NCBI GenBank assembly: GCA_001938485.1
Contig: MQRK01224352.1
Location: forward strand, 1 to 49,854
Direction: 5' to 3'
Origin: Girardia tigrina
Lineage: Eukaryota
Length of the DNA: 49,854 bases
The position numbers and the translations under genes were made by a program. Below the pieces are notes generated by a model. The model searched no databases. It saw nothing but the letters and a program-made list of their open reading frames with translations, and had not been told where the DNA came from. Shown here in pieces: positions 12,165 through 26,463 of the stretch (positions are counted from its first letter, which is position 1; the number at the start of each line of letters is the position of its first letter).

Positions 12165-12509
12165 ATATGCTTTTTGTATCTAAATTCAAATCTTAAAATT
12201 AATTAATGTGACAAGATTAATATTAACTTTTAATTTCTCAAAATTTTATTGGATAAAATTGCATTAAGTAATTTTTAAAATAAACATTAGTTTTTTAAAA
12301 TATATAAAATTCAATAAGTTAAAATCCTTTACTAAAAATATTAATAAAATTTATAATTATAAAACTTTTAAGTAATTAGTATTTAAAAATGAATTTCATT
12401 AGATTTAAATAATTAATTGATAACATATAAATCCAATCTGAGTAGGAGAGTCACCAATCTGAAAAGCATACAAACAACAAACTTACAACATTCAGAATTT
12501 TCCCTCACA
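12165..12509 (-). repeat. Partial LTR copy, same subfamily as 9801-10233
   Basis: 12437-12509 is near-identical to 10161-10233 (TCTGAGTAGGAGAGTCAC..CATACAAACAACAAACTTACAACATTC..CCCTCACA). The left boundary is approximate. Confidence 0.65.
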
Positions 12510-12592
12510 GTATTAATTAATAATTTTAATTTAGAATAAATTGAGAAAAATAGCAGATTATTAAAATCAAAATTCGAAAGTCAATTGAAAAT

Positions 12593-12631
12593 ATTTATTA
12601 ATTTCGACGGTTTAACCGTCATCGTTAGAAC
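12593..12631 (-). ncRNA. Minimal hammerhead ribozyme in the inverted pLTR (core G5A mutation)
   Basis: gtt-CTAACGA-t-GACGG-ttaaa-CCGTC-GAAA-TTAA-T-A-aat. Confidence 0.65.
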
Positions 12632-13447
12632 AAATGATTTTTCAAACGAAATTTACTTGTATAGTGCAGTTAGTGATTATGCAATCAATACGTAATCAAT
12701 GCATCATTTAAAAACTAATTTGCGGAAATTCTTTGGCGTTTTAAAATTTAAATTATATTATAAAGGATATTCAAAATCGATAGTGGAGAAATTAACAAAG
12801 GAAACTATTTATAAATTAATTGACAAAAAAAGTAAAACTAAAATTTTAGATGTTCAAGATCAAGAGCAATCTTGCAACACTAATGATAAAAGTTTGGGAA
12901 TTGTTTATGTGTTAACTGTGCCATATTCAGAGGGGTTTAAAATATTTAAAAATTCTATTTTAAAAGCGTTAGATAATGCAGTAAGTTTAAAAGTAATATC
13001 CCGGACCCAGAAAATTGAAAGCATGTTTGGCAATAAATCTCCAACGCCATTGGGATTGTGTTTGAATCTCATTTACCAATATACATGTAATGGGTGTAAC
13101 GCCACATACATTGGAGAGACTTCACGTCCTCTCTGTAAGAGAATCCAGGAACACAGTCGCAATGAAGGTGGAATTAACATTGCAGGGCAAAGAAGACATT
13201 GTAAAGGAGATATGACTTTATAACACTTTAAAATTCTGTGCACTCAATTTAAAAATTATTGGGAGAGAGTGGCATGTGAAGCTTATATGTGAAGATCTTA
13301 TATATATAAGATCTTTGAATCCTAAAATTAACGTTCAAACTACACTCTCTATAACTTTGTTGAGTTTTTAAATGATGTATGGATTACGTATTGATTGTAT
13401 AATCATTAACTGCACTATATAAGTAAATTTCGTTTTAAAAATTATTT

Positions 13448-13486
13448 GTGCTGACGATGACGGTTAAACCGTCGAAATAAATAAAT
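13448..13486 (+). ncRNA. Minimal hammerhead ribozyme in the 3' pLTR
   Basis: gtg-CTGACGA-t-GACGG-ttaaa-CCGTC-GAAA-TAAA-T-A-aat. The core is intact; there is one mutation each in stems I and III relative to the sister copy. Confidence 0.75.
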
Positions 13487-14203
13487 ATTTTCAATCGGCT
13501 TTCGAATTTTAATTTTAATTTAATATATTGTTTTAATATTTCTTATTTTGAACATTAAGTTTTTTCTTTTATATCTTCAAAATCATAAACACATAATGAT
13601 AAATATTTTACATGAAAGAAAATATTTTTGATATTTCATTTACATATTATCGATGAAAGTAATTGTAAAGTGTAATGTACTGTAATTGTCATGTTGAAGG
13701 AAAATGAAAATAAATCTGGATAATATTTTGAATTTATCAATAGAAAAAATATATGATTTTGAGAATATATATGAATTTCTAATAATAGAAAAAATAATCA
13801 TAAAATATTTCTTACTCTTGAGCCGGTGTAATTTTTGTAAAATTTCCAATCTGACTGATTTTCTTGTTTGTATTTGAGAAAATAACTTTGCGCTGAGGCC
13901 TTAAAAAATATATATTCTTATAATTTATACTATTATTAATTTGAAAATGTTGAATATAAATCTGATATTATGGAAAAATTATTCTTCGAATTTAATTTTA
14001 TTTACATATTTCTTATTATTATGTATATTTCGAAATTTCTCTTACCTTTGCTCAAAAGACAATCTATCTTAAATCTTATAAATGACAAATTCGATCTGGT
14101 TTATTGATGTTTTCCTTGAATATGTTTGAATATCCTTGAATATATACCATATTTCTGTATGTATCGATATATGTTTATAATAAATATAATTAACAAATAA
14201 ATA

Positions 14204-15620
14204 TTTAGGTTGTCCCAAAAGTCTTCAGGTGGCCTTTAAAAACACACTAATATTTTACCAAATTTAACCAAATTTGGACTGAATATTATTCAGACTGTCA
14301 TAAATAGTGTGTTAAAATTTCAAAGCATAAAATTAAAAAAGTAAAATTTTGTTTTATTAAAGTATTGAAATTTTAAAAGTGCAGCGAATTCAAAGCAAAC
14401 GGTTTTTAACAATGGAACCAAATAAATATTGACAACGTTTTTTTGTTCTAACTCAAAGTAAAAGAGGATTCTCTGCTTCAGAAATTCTTCAGCAACTTGG
14501 GAATTCTTCATGGGAAGACTCAAATCACCCAGCACTGAAAACTATTCAACAATGGTTGACTGATTTTAAAAAAGAAAAGCGGACGTCCTTCGACGATTCA
14601 TCAAGAAGTGGTAGGCCGTCATTAATAGATGACGAAAAGATTAAAGCAGTCAAAGAAGTGATTGATGAAGCTCCAAACGCGTCTTTGCGTTATATTGAAA
14701 ATGAACTTTCTTTAGGCAAAAATACAGTGCACAAAATTTTGCGTGAAAAACTTCATTACAAAAAAGTTTGCTCTGTTTGGTCCCTCACGAACTTTCTGCT
14801 GCTAATAAACAACAACGCATTAACACTGCAAAGCATATACGCCATGCAATTTCATATTTGGGTGATGAAGCATATTCCAACATAGCGATCGAGGATGAGA
14901 CATGAGTCTTTTTCCAAGGTAGAGGAAAGAAGATCACAAAGTTTGGATTCCTTCTAATGCTGTTCCACCCAAAGTGATAAAGCCATCGCCAATGACTGAT
15001 AAAAAATCTCTTGTTTTCGTAACCTTTACCTGCAACAAAACGTTTTAATGTAAAAGCACTGCCATATAGTACCAAGATTGATTCCGAGGCGTATGTGAAC
15101 TTTGTTCATGACACCGGTGAAAAATGGCGGAAACTTAGATCTAACAGCATCAAGCTAAAGAAACTTAAGTGGTGGCATGCAAGACCTCATTCTAGCAAAG
15201 AAAAAACTCTTTTTTTGAAAGAAGAAAAATTGAAAAAATTTATCAATCGCCCCATAGTCCAGATTTTAATCTGTGTGATAGATTCTTGTTTTCAAAAATG
15301 AAGAAAAGTTTTAAAAATCATGTTTTCAAATCACATGAAAAAATTGAAGAAGCTTTTAAATTCTTTTTTAATTCTTTATCAACAGAAACCTTAAAGAATC
15401 AACTAGATAAACTTTTTAACTATTTTCAGTTGGTTATTGACAACAATGGTGAATATGTTGTTGCTTAGGAAATTTTTAAAATATTTTTTTAAATAAATTT
15501 TTAAATTCGCTGCAACTAATTTTTTTTGTTGGTTAATAATATTATTTTTTTGGTACGTTTCAATTGTATGCTTTGAAATTTTAACACAGTATTTATGACA
15601 GTCTGAAGGGACAGCCCAAG
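14204..15620 (+). mobile_element. Full-length degraded mariner with TIRs and TA TSD
   Basis: TA|TTTAGGTTGTCCC ... GGGACAGCCCAAG|TA. Internal inverted repeat 14289-14329/15567-15607. Motifs RSGRP, WSPHEL, DET, HARPH and YSPDFNLCD occur across frameshifts. Confidence 0.9.
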
Positions 15621-18600
15621 TAATATGTTTAATTATAATTTAAGAATTATTAATCATAAAAAAATTTAATTTCAGTCAATTAAAAACCCGATCTTTGTAT
15701 TATAATTGACTTGTTAATAACTCATTACGAGCAAAATTTAATCGTTTTTGATTTTTCATCGCTTGTCAGCCTCGTTTAGAGAATGACTCGCTCTGATTGG
15801 CTAACCAAGCAGCACGACCTTGGTGGGAGCAAAATATTAGGTGATTTTAAAATCACCATTCACAAACAGTCTCGTTATACATGCTCGATTGGGAGGATTG
15901 TTATTGAGGAAAACATGGGGAATGCGAAAGACAATTATTATTTTTAGTAGTATTATTATATCATCATTATTTTTATTATTATTATTAATCTTTAAAATAT
16001 CTTAATAATAATCAAAAATATTTTATTCAGAAAATTTAAAAATTGTAATCAGCAAATATTGATTTAAGATTTTTTAAATTATTCATAAGTAAGGCTTCAT
16101 CAACTGGTTCATTAATATGGTGGTTTATGGAAACAAATAAAATTCATAATTTAACAACTTAATGCTCGGATAATTTCTACAAAAATTGCAATAAGTTTTA
16201 AAACAAAGTCATTTAAATAATATTTATTAATGTTTTAAAAACAAATCAACTCAAGGTCAAAAAAGACAAGTGCAAGTTTTTGTCTTTATGAATAGTATGC
16301 CAACAAGTCGAGCAGCGTTTGGATTAGTGATATGCAATAAGTACGAAGAGCGCGAGAGATACTCGTTCAAAGGAGGGAAATGGTTAAACATACAATGATA
16401 ATATTTATAAAAAACTGCAGATCTTCATTTAATTAAGTATTTTTGTGACCAGAACAAAACCAAAAATCAAAGCTCAAATTTAATTTAATTCCACCAGGAA
16501 ATTTGAAATAAGCGTTACAAATTAGTTAAAAAAATATATTTAAATTGTTTAAATAATTAATATTTTTATGATAATAAATAGTGTTTTATTAACTATTGCA
16601 TTTAATTATTATAAAATTAAACATAAATACTATATATTATAAAAGAAATAGAGAAATTATCTAAGATGTAATAATATTATATTTATTTAATATTTTTTTC
16701 TTAATAAAAATAAATTAATCCTCTAGAAATAAAAAAGAGATTTGAAAAAAGAAAAAATGATCAAATGAAAAATTTCCGAATAATTTTTAAAATAATAATG
16801 CGTTTTATAAATATTATAAAAATATAAAAATCATATATGTATAAAATTTTAATATGAAAATGATTCTAAGATTCTGACGCAATGGAAATATATTAATTTA
16901 TCCCGATATCATCACATGGGCAGCATAGCATTGATAGCGAAATTATCCCCCTCAATCCAGCTCGCGTCCGTTCCATCCAGATTGTCACGGTCATAAATCA
17001 TCCCGAAAGTCTCATCATCCAATCTAATTCGTATTCATTAAGATTGATATTTGATAATGTCCTCTAATAATTCCGTCATCAATTTTTATATCATTAAATC
17101 GCCGAATAAATGAATTATTATCAAAACGAAAGTCTCATAAAAGAATTGTCTTAGCAAAAATCGAAGCTTGGTTTATTATTTATTTTAATTTTTCATTTGA
17201 TCTATAATGATAATCAGTTTGTCTTCACTGGGAAATGTAATAATTTCTTTTCCTTTTGCTTAATAACTTCAAACACATATTATTTTCTTTTTGTCTGGAA
17301 ATATTTTCAAAGACAAAAAAATTCAATATTATGATTTTTAATCAACCATTTTTGATGTTTTTATATTGCAAGAAAAATTAAGAAAAAAATATTATTACGT
17401 GTTAATAAAAAAAATATAAATGATTTCTATACATTATTTCTATTGAAAAAAGTAAAATGCATTTTTTTCTTTTATTTTTAGAAAAAATATTTTTTTAATT
17501 AAAATTATTTGAAATAATTTCAGAAAATTTTTAATTAAAATAAAAATTTTTTTTCTTTATTTATTTTTATTCATAAAATTATTTATTTGATTTTATTTTT
17601 TAATGCATTTTCTAAGTTAGGAAATAAGTTAAAATCTGTGTTGCTTGAAGCAGACTCATTTCCTTAAGTAATCTGAAGTCTGAGGAAAAAAAAAGAAAGT
17701 TTAAACATTTATTAAAATAAATAATTAATTTATAACTATTGGAAAATAAAAACAAATGTTACTTTTCGAGGTTTGATGAATTATTTTCGTTAATTAATTA
17801 GAAAAAACTGTTTGTTTTTGGAAATTAATTAAAATATGTTTTTGAATATTTTAAAATAAAAAATGTTAATTTTTTAAAAAAATTGATTTTCTTTTAAAAG
17901 AATAATTTATTATGATATTAAATATTTTTTTTAATTTTAATTATTTTCATAAATTATCTTCTTTTATTGTCTCAGGAATCAAAGACGTGTGACAGAAATA
18001 CCATATAAATGTGGCTGGTATATTGGGATCTCATTGAAAAAGATAAGAAAAAAAATATTATTTAAATCATACAGAGTCATATTTTAATAGATAAAAATAA
18101 AGGTAAATTAGAAGCCTTAAATTGTTTATTTTTGGCAGCGTTTTAATTTTTTGTGGAGTGAATAATAATGAGTCAAATCAGCACAAAACATAATTTAACA
18201 TATTTACACAATTATAAATTATTAATAATATTTTTTTGTAAAATTATTAACTTAAATAAGTAATCATCAATAAAATTTTATATTTAGAAATATATAATAA
18301 GAAATAACTGAAGTATACAATTTTAATATTACCCGTTATAATTATATTCATAAGAATTAATATATATTTCGTAATTTTAGTGATATTTTAGTGACATCAT
18401 TATTTATGTCATTTAAAGGAGTAGTAATTAAGATAATCAATAATAAAAAAATAATAATTTTACAATAAAAAATATTTTTTCGATCATATTTAAAGCGTAA
18501 TTATTATATTTTAATTAAAAATTATATAATTTTTAACAAAAAAATTAAATTGAGATGAACTTCATTTTTTTCAAAACTTCGAAACAATATAAAATTTTAA

Positions 18601-20156
18601 ATATAAATAATATTCAATTAAAATGAAAGTTTGATTTAAAATTATTGCAAATTTACTTAAAATATTTAATTTTAAATCATAGAAATTGTTATTTAATTTA
18701 ATTGAAATTTAAATTTAAATCCTTACAAGATTAATTATTTAATTAAATTATTTAAATCTCAATAAGCGAAGTGAAAATCAAGTGACTCATCATAAAAAGT
18801 ATATATATATTATATAGTTAATAATTACAGAAAGTTTTAAATATTATTTTTTTTAATAATTATAAATTAAAACATTTATTTTTGAGAAAATATTTAATTT
18901 GCAATCTGCCTTGTAGATCTTGTTTTAATTAACTATTTTATGTTTGTTTAGCTAATCCTCAAATTCATTATTAAACATAAAAAATATATAAATGTAATTA
19001 TTAGCTCAACCTTAAACTGTGTTGTTATAATAAAAAAATATTTCAGTTGTTATAATCAGATTAACAAATAGCTCGATTGTATAAAACGTTGTTTAATGAT
19101 TATAGATTTGGGATTTTATTGTTTTAACTATATAAAAAAGCAAACATTAAACTATTTATTTGGTTTTAAAGCATTTTATTTTATATCCAAAATAAATAAA
19201 TATATTCGTCTTGAAATTATCTATTACAATTTTATGATTTTGCGATTGTTTTTAATAAAATCCTTTAGAGAGGTTCTGTCCAGACAGAAAATTTTCAATA
19301 TTTAAACATTTTTAAAATTAATCATATAGAATAAATATTTTTTACTTACAACTTTACATTTTAACTAGTTATTTAAGCATAAGGAGGAATAGTCGTAAAT
19401 AATATTTACCTCCACAAATGAACCACCCGTACTTTATAGCAGTTTTAGGGACAACCAAAATATGATATAAATGGAAAGTATAATAATCCAAAAGTAATCA
19501 TCCCTGAGGTACTTACCCTAGGATCATCATTCCAAAATTAAAAAGAAGAGATTTTAATTGTTTTTATTTTTTTAATAATATAATTTAATATTTTATTTTA
19601 TAATTTATAAACTATTATATAAAATTTTATTTTTGCAATCAAATTATTTTTTTAATTCACAATGAATTGAATTTCTTGAATTATCAAATTATTTTGTAAA
19701 TAGAGACAAATTAAGTGTGACATTGCATTTTTAAAGGATTTATTTACTTGAATTTGTTTTCGTATTTAATTAGTTGCGATATTCGACTAATTTTTTTAAT
19801 TGTATTTTGAATATGTCTGATTGATCAGATAACCTTCTTAATTATTATTTTATTGCACCATAAGTTGAGTTATAAGGATGCTCCGTTTATTACAATTGAT
19901 TTATATATATATATATATNNNNNNNNNNNNNNNNNNNNNNNNNNNNNNNNNNNNNNNNNNNNNNNNNNNNNNNNNNNNNNNNNNNNNNNNNNNNNNNNNN
20001 NNNNNNNNNNNNNNNNNNNNNNNNNNNNNNNNNNNNNNNNNNNNNNNNNNNNNNNNNNNNNNNNNNNNNNNNNNNNNNNNNNNNNNNNNNNNNNNNNNNN
20101 NNNNNNNNNNNNNNNNNNNNNNNNNNNNNNNNNNNNNNNNNNNNNNNNNNNNNNNN

Positions 20157-20966
20157 AAAGGGTTTTCAATTTTTTATGCATTTCATCAATTTCATGACAG
20201 TACCTCTCCGCTGTGATTGTTTCACATGGATTCAAGAAACTATAGTGGATGATTCCAGCATCACACCACCAAACTTTTCACCATTACCTTACGGGGTTTT
20301 CGGTTTTGAAAAGTGTTTCAGTACTTCATCTTTGTCCAACCACTGTGTAGATCGACGTCGGTTATCATACAGGATCCATTTCTCATCACAGGTAACAATA
20401 CGATCAAGAAATGGATCGTTTTTATTGCAAAGATGATTGGCAGAACAAATTTCATAGCGTCGGTTCTTTTGATTTTCATTCAAATCATGTGGAACCAATT
20501 TATCAAGTTTCTTGATTTTTCCAAGTAGTTTTAAATGATCCAGGACTGTTGAATGACTAATGCCCAACTCATCTGCAAGTACTCTGATTGTTGTACGGGG
20601 ATCTGTTTCCACCATTGCCCTCAAATTGTCATTGTTCACAGCAACTGGACGACCACGACCTTCTTCAAGGTTTTCATCTCCATCAGAAAATTTTCGGAAT
20701 CATCCTTGCACTGTGCGCACAGAAGCTGTTCCCTTGCCAAACGCTTTATTGATATTGCGAGCCGTTTCTGCTGCTTTACGACCCAGTTTAAATTTGTACA
20801 AGAAAATTGCTCTAATTTTAATTTTTTCCATTATTAATTTAGTACCGTAAATATTCTAAAAAAATAACAGCAATATGTTAATAATGACTATAGGAATATA
20901 CAGCTATGCATAAGATTTCAAATAATATCTAACACTAATGCATTTAAACTTATATACATATCAAAG
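20157..20966 (-). mobile_element. Mariner transposase (cecropia-like), bounded by gaps
   Basis: ATG 20831 MEKIKIRAIFLYKFKLGRKAAETARNIN; also LVPHDL and FLDRIVTCDEKWILYDN. Confidence 0.95.
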
Positions 20967-23159
20967 NNNNNNNNNNNNNNNNNNNNNNNNNNNNNNNNNN
21001 NNNNNNNNNNNNNNNNNNNNNNNNNNNNNNNNNNNNNNNNNNNNNNATATATATATATATATATATATATATAACTATTAACCACAAAAGTACTTCTATT
21101 ATATTTTTCAATTAAAAAACAATTAATTAAAACAGTTCTATCAAATTTAATTGGAAGGGAAAGTTAATTTTGGTTCTATTGTTTACTTTGGTTATTTTCA
21201 GCTCCAGCATCAAAGTAACCAATTCACTCCCTAAAGCTAGTTGTGATGATCTTTTTTATTTTAAAAGCACCGTGACACTAAAAATTTATAAAGTTCTTTT
21301 ACAAAATAATATTCTGGCATTAAAGACTTAATTAATGTTTCAAGAAAATTTATGATAGCGATTCTTATTTAACAAGTAACTTAGTTTATCATACTTTTAA
21401 TAAATTAAAAAAATATATTCTACCAATATAGGGTTAATGAAGGGTTAACTTGTGATGTATAGAGAATGATTGTAGAGTTAAGTTGAATGTTTTCGGTTGT
21501 GCTGGTAGACGACATTACTCGAAAATACATATTTATGTTACATTCGGTAAAATGGTAAAGTGCATTACAAAATACAATTAATTTATTTTTAGTAATAAAT
21601 AATATAGGTAAAATGGTACAAGGAAATCTTAACTCTAAACAATAATGATGATTTTAAAAAAAGCTCCAAAACAAAAGTTTTGATTTCTTAGAAATATGAC
21701 TGAGGAATCGTAATTAAACTATATAATATATCGTCAAATAAATAAATAATTGTGTTTCCCTATGTATATTTTACGATTAGAAATTGCAAAGAAACAAGTG
21801 TGTGATTACTTCAATTAAATCTTCTGCTCTTCTTATGAAAAAGATTCAGTGAATTTAGACAAACTTCTAATATCGATAGTATGAGAAGAATAAATAGACC
21901 TGAAGACGCATTCAAAATCCAAATCATTTGAACTCTTTCAATAATTTTCTAATTTAATTTGTGTAAAGATTTTATTACATTGCAAATTTCAGACTTTATT
22001 ATAAATTTTTTGGACATAAATTATTTTTTATTTTGTCATTCAATAATTTTATTACCTGTGAACATCATTTTATCTTTTATATCTTAGTAGACCCGTGACA
22101 TTGTATAAGTCGTCTTGCTGCGTGATAAAATCAGATCAAAACATTCGTGAATAATTTGATTTTTAAAATATACAAAAAATTAAAATTTCAGTTAAAATTC
22201 AGTTGCACTAAAATTACTTGTTAGATGAGGTACAAAAAACAAACATGTAAAAGTAAAAATAATAAGTAAAAAGAATCTTGTTTAGGTAAAAATGAAAAAA
22301 AAATCTAAGACATTCACTTAGGATCTTTTGTTGACCCTTGAGCGTCTGTAGGTCACAGTTTTGAAACATTTCATCTAAATAATTGAAATATTTTTTATTT
22401 AAATTTTTTAATTTTTAATTATTATTTTTTGTAAAAAGTATGCTCAATCATTTAAAGATAATATGTAAAGGATAATGTATTTAAAATAATCATAATTTAT
22501 TATTTGAAAAAAATAAGAAATAATATTAACAAGAAATAAAATTTTTCATTGTTATATTTTCTGAAAATATAATTTAAATAATATTTTTATTTTGTTTACA
22601 TATTATTTTTATCTTCATTTGATCGACAGTTTTTTTTGTTTTAATATTTATGAATTAAACTCAATTTCATCTAATTTACATGAAAAAAATGTAATTAAAA
22701 TAAAAATAAACTTATTTAAAATACTTCCATCATTTATGTTTTTTGTTTATTTTAATGTTTTTTTAAAAAAAACCAAACATTTTTTATTCCATTACTTTTA
22801 AACTAAAACTTAAAAGACATTTTTATTTAGAAACAAAATTAATTGTAAATATTTGCATTATATTTTTTCCATTATCCATATTGAATTAATTTGTATAAAT
22901 AATTGTTTCAATAATAAAACAAATAAAACTAAATAAAGGAGTTTTTGTTTAATTTTTTTTAATTATCAAATTACATTAAATGAAATGAACTTTTAANNNN
23001 NNNNNNNNNNNNNNNNNNNNNNNNNNNNNNNNNNNNNNNNNNNNNNNNNNNNNNNNNNNNNNNNNNNNNNNNNNNNNNNNNNNNNNNNNNNNNNNNNNNN
23101 NNNNNNNNNNNNNNNNNNNNNNNNNNNNNNNNNNNNNNNACCGAAAGATTTTATTGATA

Positions 23160-23700
23160 AAAAATTACCTTAAATTTTCTTTTAATAAAATTTTGTTGAA
23201 TTTATACTAACTTTGAATTTATATTCATTAGTATAACTCAATTCAGTAACCAGGTCTCCGGTGGTAGCAGAGACCAAGTTGAGTCGTTGAACGGGAATTT
23301 TTAACCGGTCTTATTTTATAATGTTCAGACTGATAATCATTTATATTTTAGGAAGGAATAATTCAAATCAACCTTTTATGTTGAATTTCACAATTCAAGT
23401 TACCATAGGTGTCTCACCACCTGAAATAATATTTTGCAGGAAGTTAATATATTATTGGAAAATCACCAGTGAGGAAAAAAGGACAGGAAATAAAAGAGAA
23501 AAAAATATAGTAGAGACAAATCAAACTTTTCAAGTTGTGGATAAAGTGATGATACTGCATAAAAAACATAACAAAAGAAGAAGATCGATATATTGGTCCT
23601 GCAACAATAAAGAACTGAAGACATGAAAAAAGTTATGAGTTGAAGTTATAGGGTAGAATTTTAATCAGGAATTTAGAATGGCGAAAGTAGAATCTTAGAA
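23160..23700 (+). mobile_element. Gypsy/Ty3 integrase C-terminal remnant
   Basis: LNFTIQVTIGVSPPEIIFCRKL, FQVVDKVMI and, in another frame, DRYIGPATI (GPY/F motif). Confidence 0.7.
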
Positions 23701-23715
23701 ATATTTTTGAATGAT

Positions 23716-24075
23716 GTTATTTTACGATGTTGTTTTAGGATTGTGTATTCCACCCAAATAGCAGAAAAAAATTTTGACAAGATAAAATAAAATAAAATAA
23801 AATAAAATAACAACTTTAAAATTAAATTAATATATTTTAATCTATAATATTTTAATCATAAATAATGTATTTAAAATCAAATTAAAATATTTTTAAAATA
23901 ATTTAAATTTATTTGTAAGTTAATTTGTTTGAATATTTAGAGGTTTAGAAATAGAATAAAAATTTATCAATCAAGCGTGATGTCTAAACTAGAAAAGTTT
24001 TATGGAGAATTGTCCTGGAGACAATTTCAGTTGTGATAGGAATAAATGTATTGAAAATCAAATTAGTGTTCTAAT
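23716..24075 (+). repeat. Diverged 3' LTR following the integrase remnant
   Basis: The 3' part GAATTGTCCTGGAGACAATT..GAATAAA..TTGAAAATC..TTAGTGTTCTAA matches the ends of the solo-LTR family. Boundaries are approximate. Confidence 0.55.
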
Positions 24076-24730
24076 TGTAAAACAGAAATGTGATCGAATC
24101 TTAGAAGCGAATTCGCACTCGGAGAAAACAAAGTTGATTCGACAAAAAAAACGAAAAATTGATTTTTAATTATCACTCAAAAATTATTGTCCACGAAGCT
24201 CGTTCTGATTGGTTAACCAAAGATAGACTGATTTAAGTAGCAATATCAAACCTCTTAAAAAGAATAAAAAAAACAAAATAAAATGGCCGCTTAGCCGTTT
24301 GAATTAACAATCTTCAATGAGGATTATTAACTGCATTGAAATTTCATTGTTCTTTTATACATATTATTACTACAGATTAATTCAGTTTATTATTATCATT
24401 TCAATATTTACAATTGAATTTAGATAAACATTATGTTTTCACAACAATACCCATTATTTGAAAGTTTTTACAATGTTTATTGTTATGTTTTATTACATTT
24501 TGTATTATTTTCGTTGTATTCAAACAATTAAAGTGAAAAAATCAATGAAACAAGTTTGATTTTTAAATATTTTTATTAAATTAAAATAATGTTACAAGAA
24601 TGTTTAAATGCTTGAAATATAGACTTTTTGTAGTAGATAAACTTTCTAAAAAACAAATAAATTTTGATATCATTTGTTTTTATAATGGCATTGACACTTT
24701 AAAAAAACAAAATAATTTTTTGATGATATA

Positions 24731-25770
24731 TTAGGTCATCAAGTATTAAATTTGTCAAAGTTTATCGATAATTTACCAAAACAAATATTTATGTCATTCA
24801 TCAAAGTATGCACCGACACACATTTGATATTTCAGTGGCAACTTGTTAAGGCTATTTGAATAAATAAATTGTGGGAAAAAATCTATAAATTCCTTTTCAG
24901 TCATTTTTACAGAATCTTACATTTTTACAAAAAGTTGTTGAAATTGAGGAAGAAATGGTATTTAGTTGGGTTTAAATCTGGAGAGTATGATAGTTCAAAA
25001 GTTCTAACTCAAGTTCCTGTAGTTTTGTCATGATCTTAAGTGCAGTATATGGTTTTGAATTGTCGAGAACCAAGATAGGAGTCGATCTATTTAACAAACA
25101 TGGCTCTTTTTCATTGTGATTCAGCCTCATATCTTCAAGTTGGTTGTAGTAGACATCTGCTGTGATCGTCGAACCAGCTTTCAGAGAGTCATAATGGATT
25201 CCGCCTTTAACAGACTACCAAACACTCAGTACCAGCCTATTTTGATGAATTTTGAGCTTTGTTCTGTGTTTTGATGCTTCATCAGAGTCCCCTAGCTTGC
25301 TGAACGTTTTCGATTATCACATGGGATCCGATTTTTATCACAAGTGACCATTCGTTTGAAAACATTATCACATTTACAAGAGTAAGCATCATCAAACAAT
25401 CATTCTAACTCTTTTATTTCTGTTTTTTAATTCAACTCAAGTAAAATCCTTTTATCAATTTTTTTACTTTACTAATTTGAACGAAAATATTCAATAAAGT
25501 TTGCTTTGTAACAGCAAACATTAGCGATAAATAATGAACAATTTGTGATGTATCCTGCACCATAGTTACCTTCAGTTTTTCATTACTTACCTGTGCTGCA
25601 GAGGTACGGCGACCCCGAGACTCATTATTAAGATTGAAATGACCTTTTTTGGTGTAATAAGTTTTAATTGTTGTAATATATTTATAGGAGTCGACCTATT
25701 TAACAAAAATGGCTCTTTTTCTTTGTGATTCAGCATCATATCTTCAAGTTGTTTGCTGTAGATATCTGCT
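24731..25770 (-). mobile_element. Degraded mariner with 3' TIR and a duplicated internal 87-bp piece
   Basis: TA|TTAGGTCATC at 24729-24740. Motifs NESRGR, MVTCDK and LSVW. 25075-25161 is repeated at 25684-25770. Confidence 0.85.
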
Positions 25771-25859
25771 TTTAATTTAGATAACAACTTTTAATTTTTA
25801 TAATGTATTTAAAAAGATTTTGTTAAAGCTGATATATATATATATATCAACGATAACAA

Positions 25860-26463
25860 ATGGCGCCTTCCAAATGAAAAATCAGCACTGAAAGTGAAGT
25901 CCGGGACAAGGCATCGGCCATGTATTATGCTGACTTTATTTTGGGACGGTGATGGTGTCATAAAACTTGATTTCACAGACAAAACAGTGAAACTGAATAG
26001 CGTCTACTAAGTCTCACTCGTTGCTGAGACCAGATCACTGCTTAGGAAGCCTAGAGGATCAACACTGTGGCTGTTGCAAGACAACACACCAATTCAAAAA
26101 CACCTTTCAACAGCGGCTATATATGATGATGCAGGTTTCAACCTCGTCCCTCATCCTCCATACAGTCCTAGCGCCAAGTGATGTTTTGTTATTCCGGCAC
26201 CTAAAGAAGGCCATTCGTGACAAAAACTTTAAATCCCATGAAGAAGTGAGAGGTGCAGTTATGGATTTCTTTGCTGAATGTGACTCAAACTTCTTCAAAG
26301 ATTTCTTTTCGGAATTAGTGGTACGCTGGGAGAAGTGCGTGGCCAATAATGATTCTTACATTAATAAGTAATCCTTTACATGTTTGTTATCATTTGAAAA
26401 ATATATGAAATGTCTGTGATCTTCCTTGTATACTTAGTCCGGGGACTTAATGCTTCAACCACG
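25860..26463 (+). mobile_element. Mariner 3' half with TIR
   Basis: MLTLFWDGDGVI, LLQDN, HPPYSP/LAPSD and RWEKCV. Ends ...GGACTTAATGCTTCAACCACG|TA. Confidence 0.88.

Larger units (their letters stand above)
12560..13519 (+). mobile_element. 5'-truncated Penelope-like element with inverted ~157-bp pLTRs
   Basis: 12560-12716 is the reverse complement of 13363-13519. The internal ORF 12699-13223 has LIYQYTCNGCNATYIGETSRPLCKRIQEH (GIY-YIG with CCHH), and similarity continues past the stop to ~13370. Confidence 0.92.

Noticed and set aside
17003-17140. Repeated 12-mer CGAAAGTCTCAT
   Set aside because: Only two copies, with no array and no ribozyme geometry.
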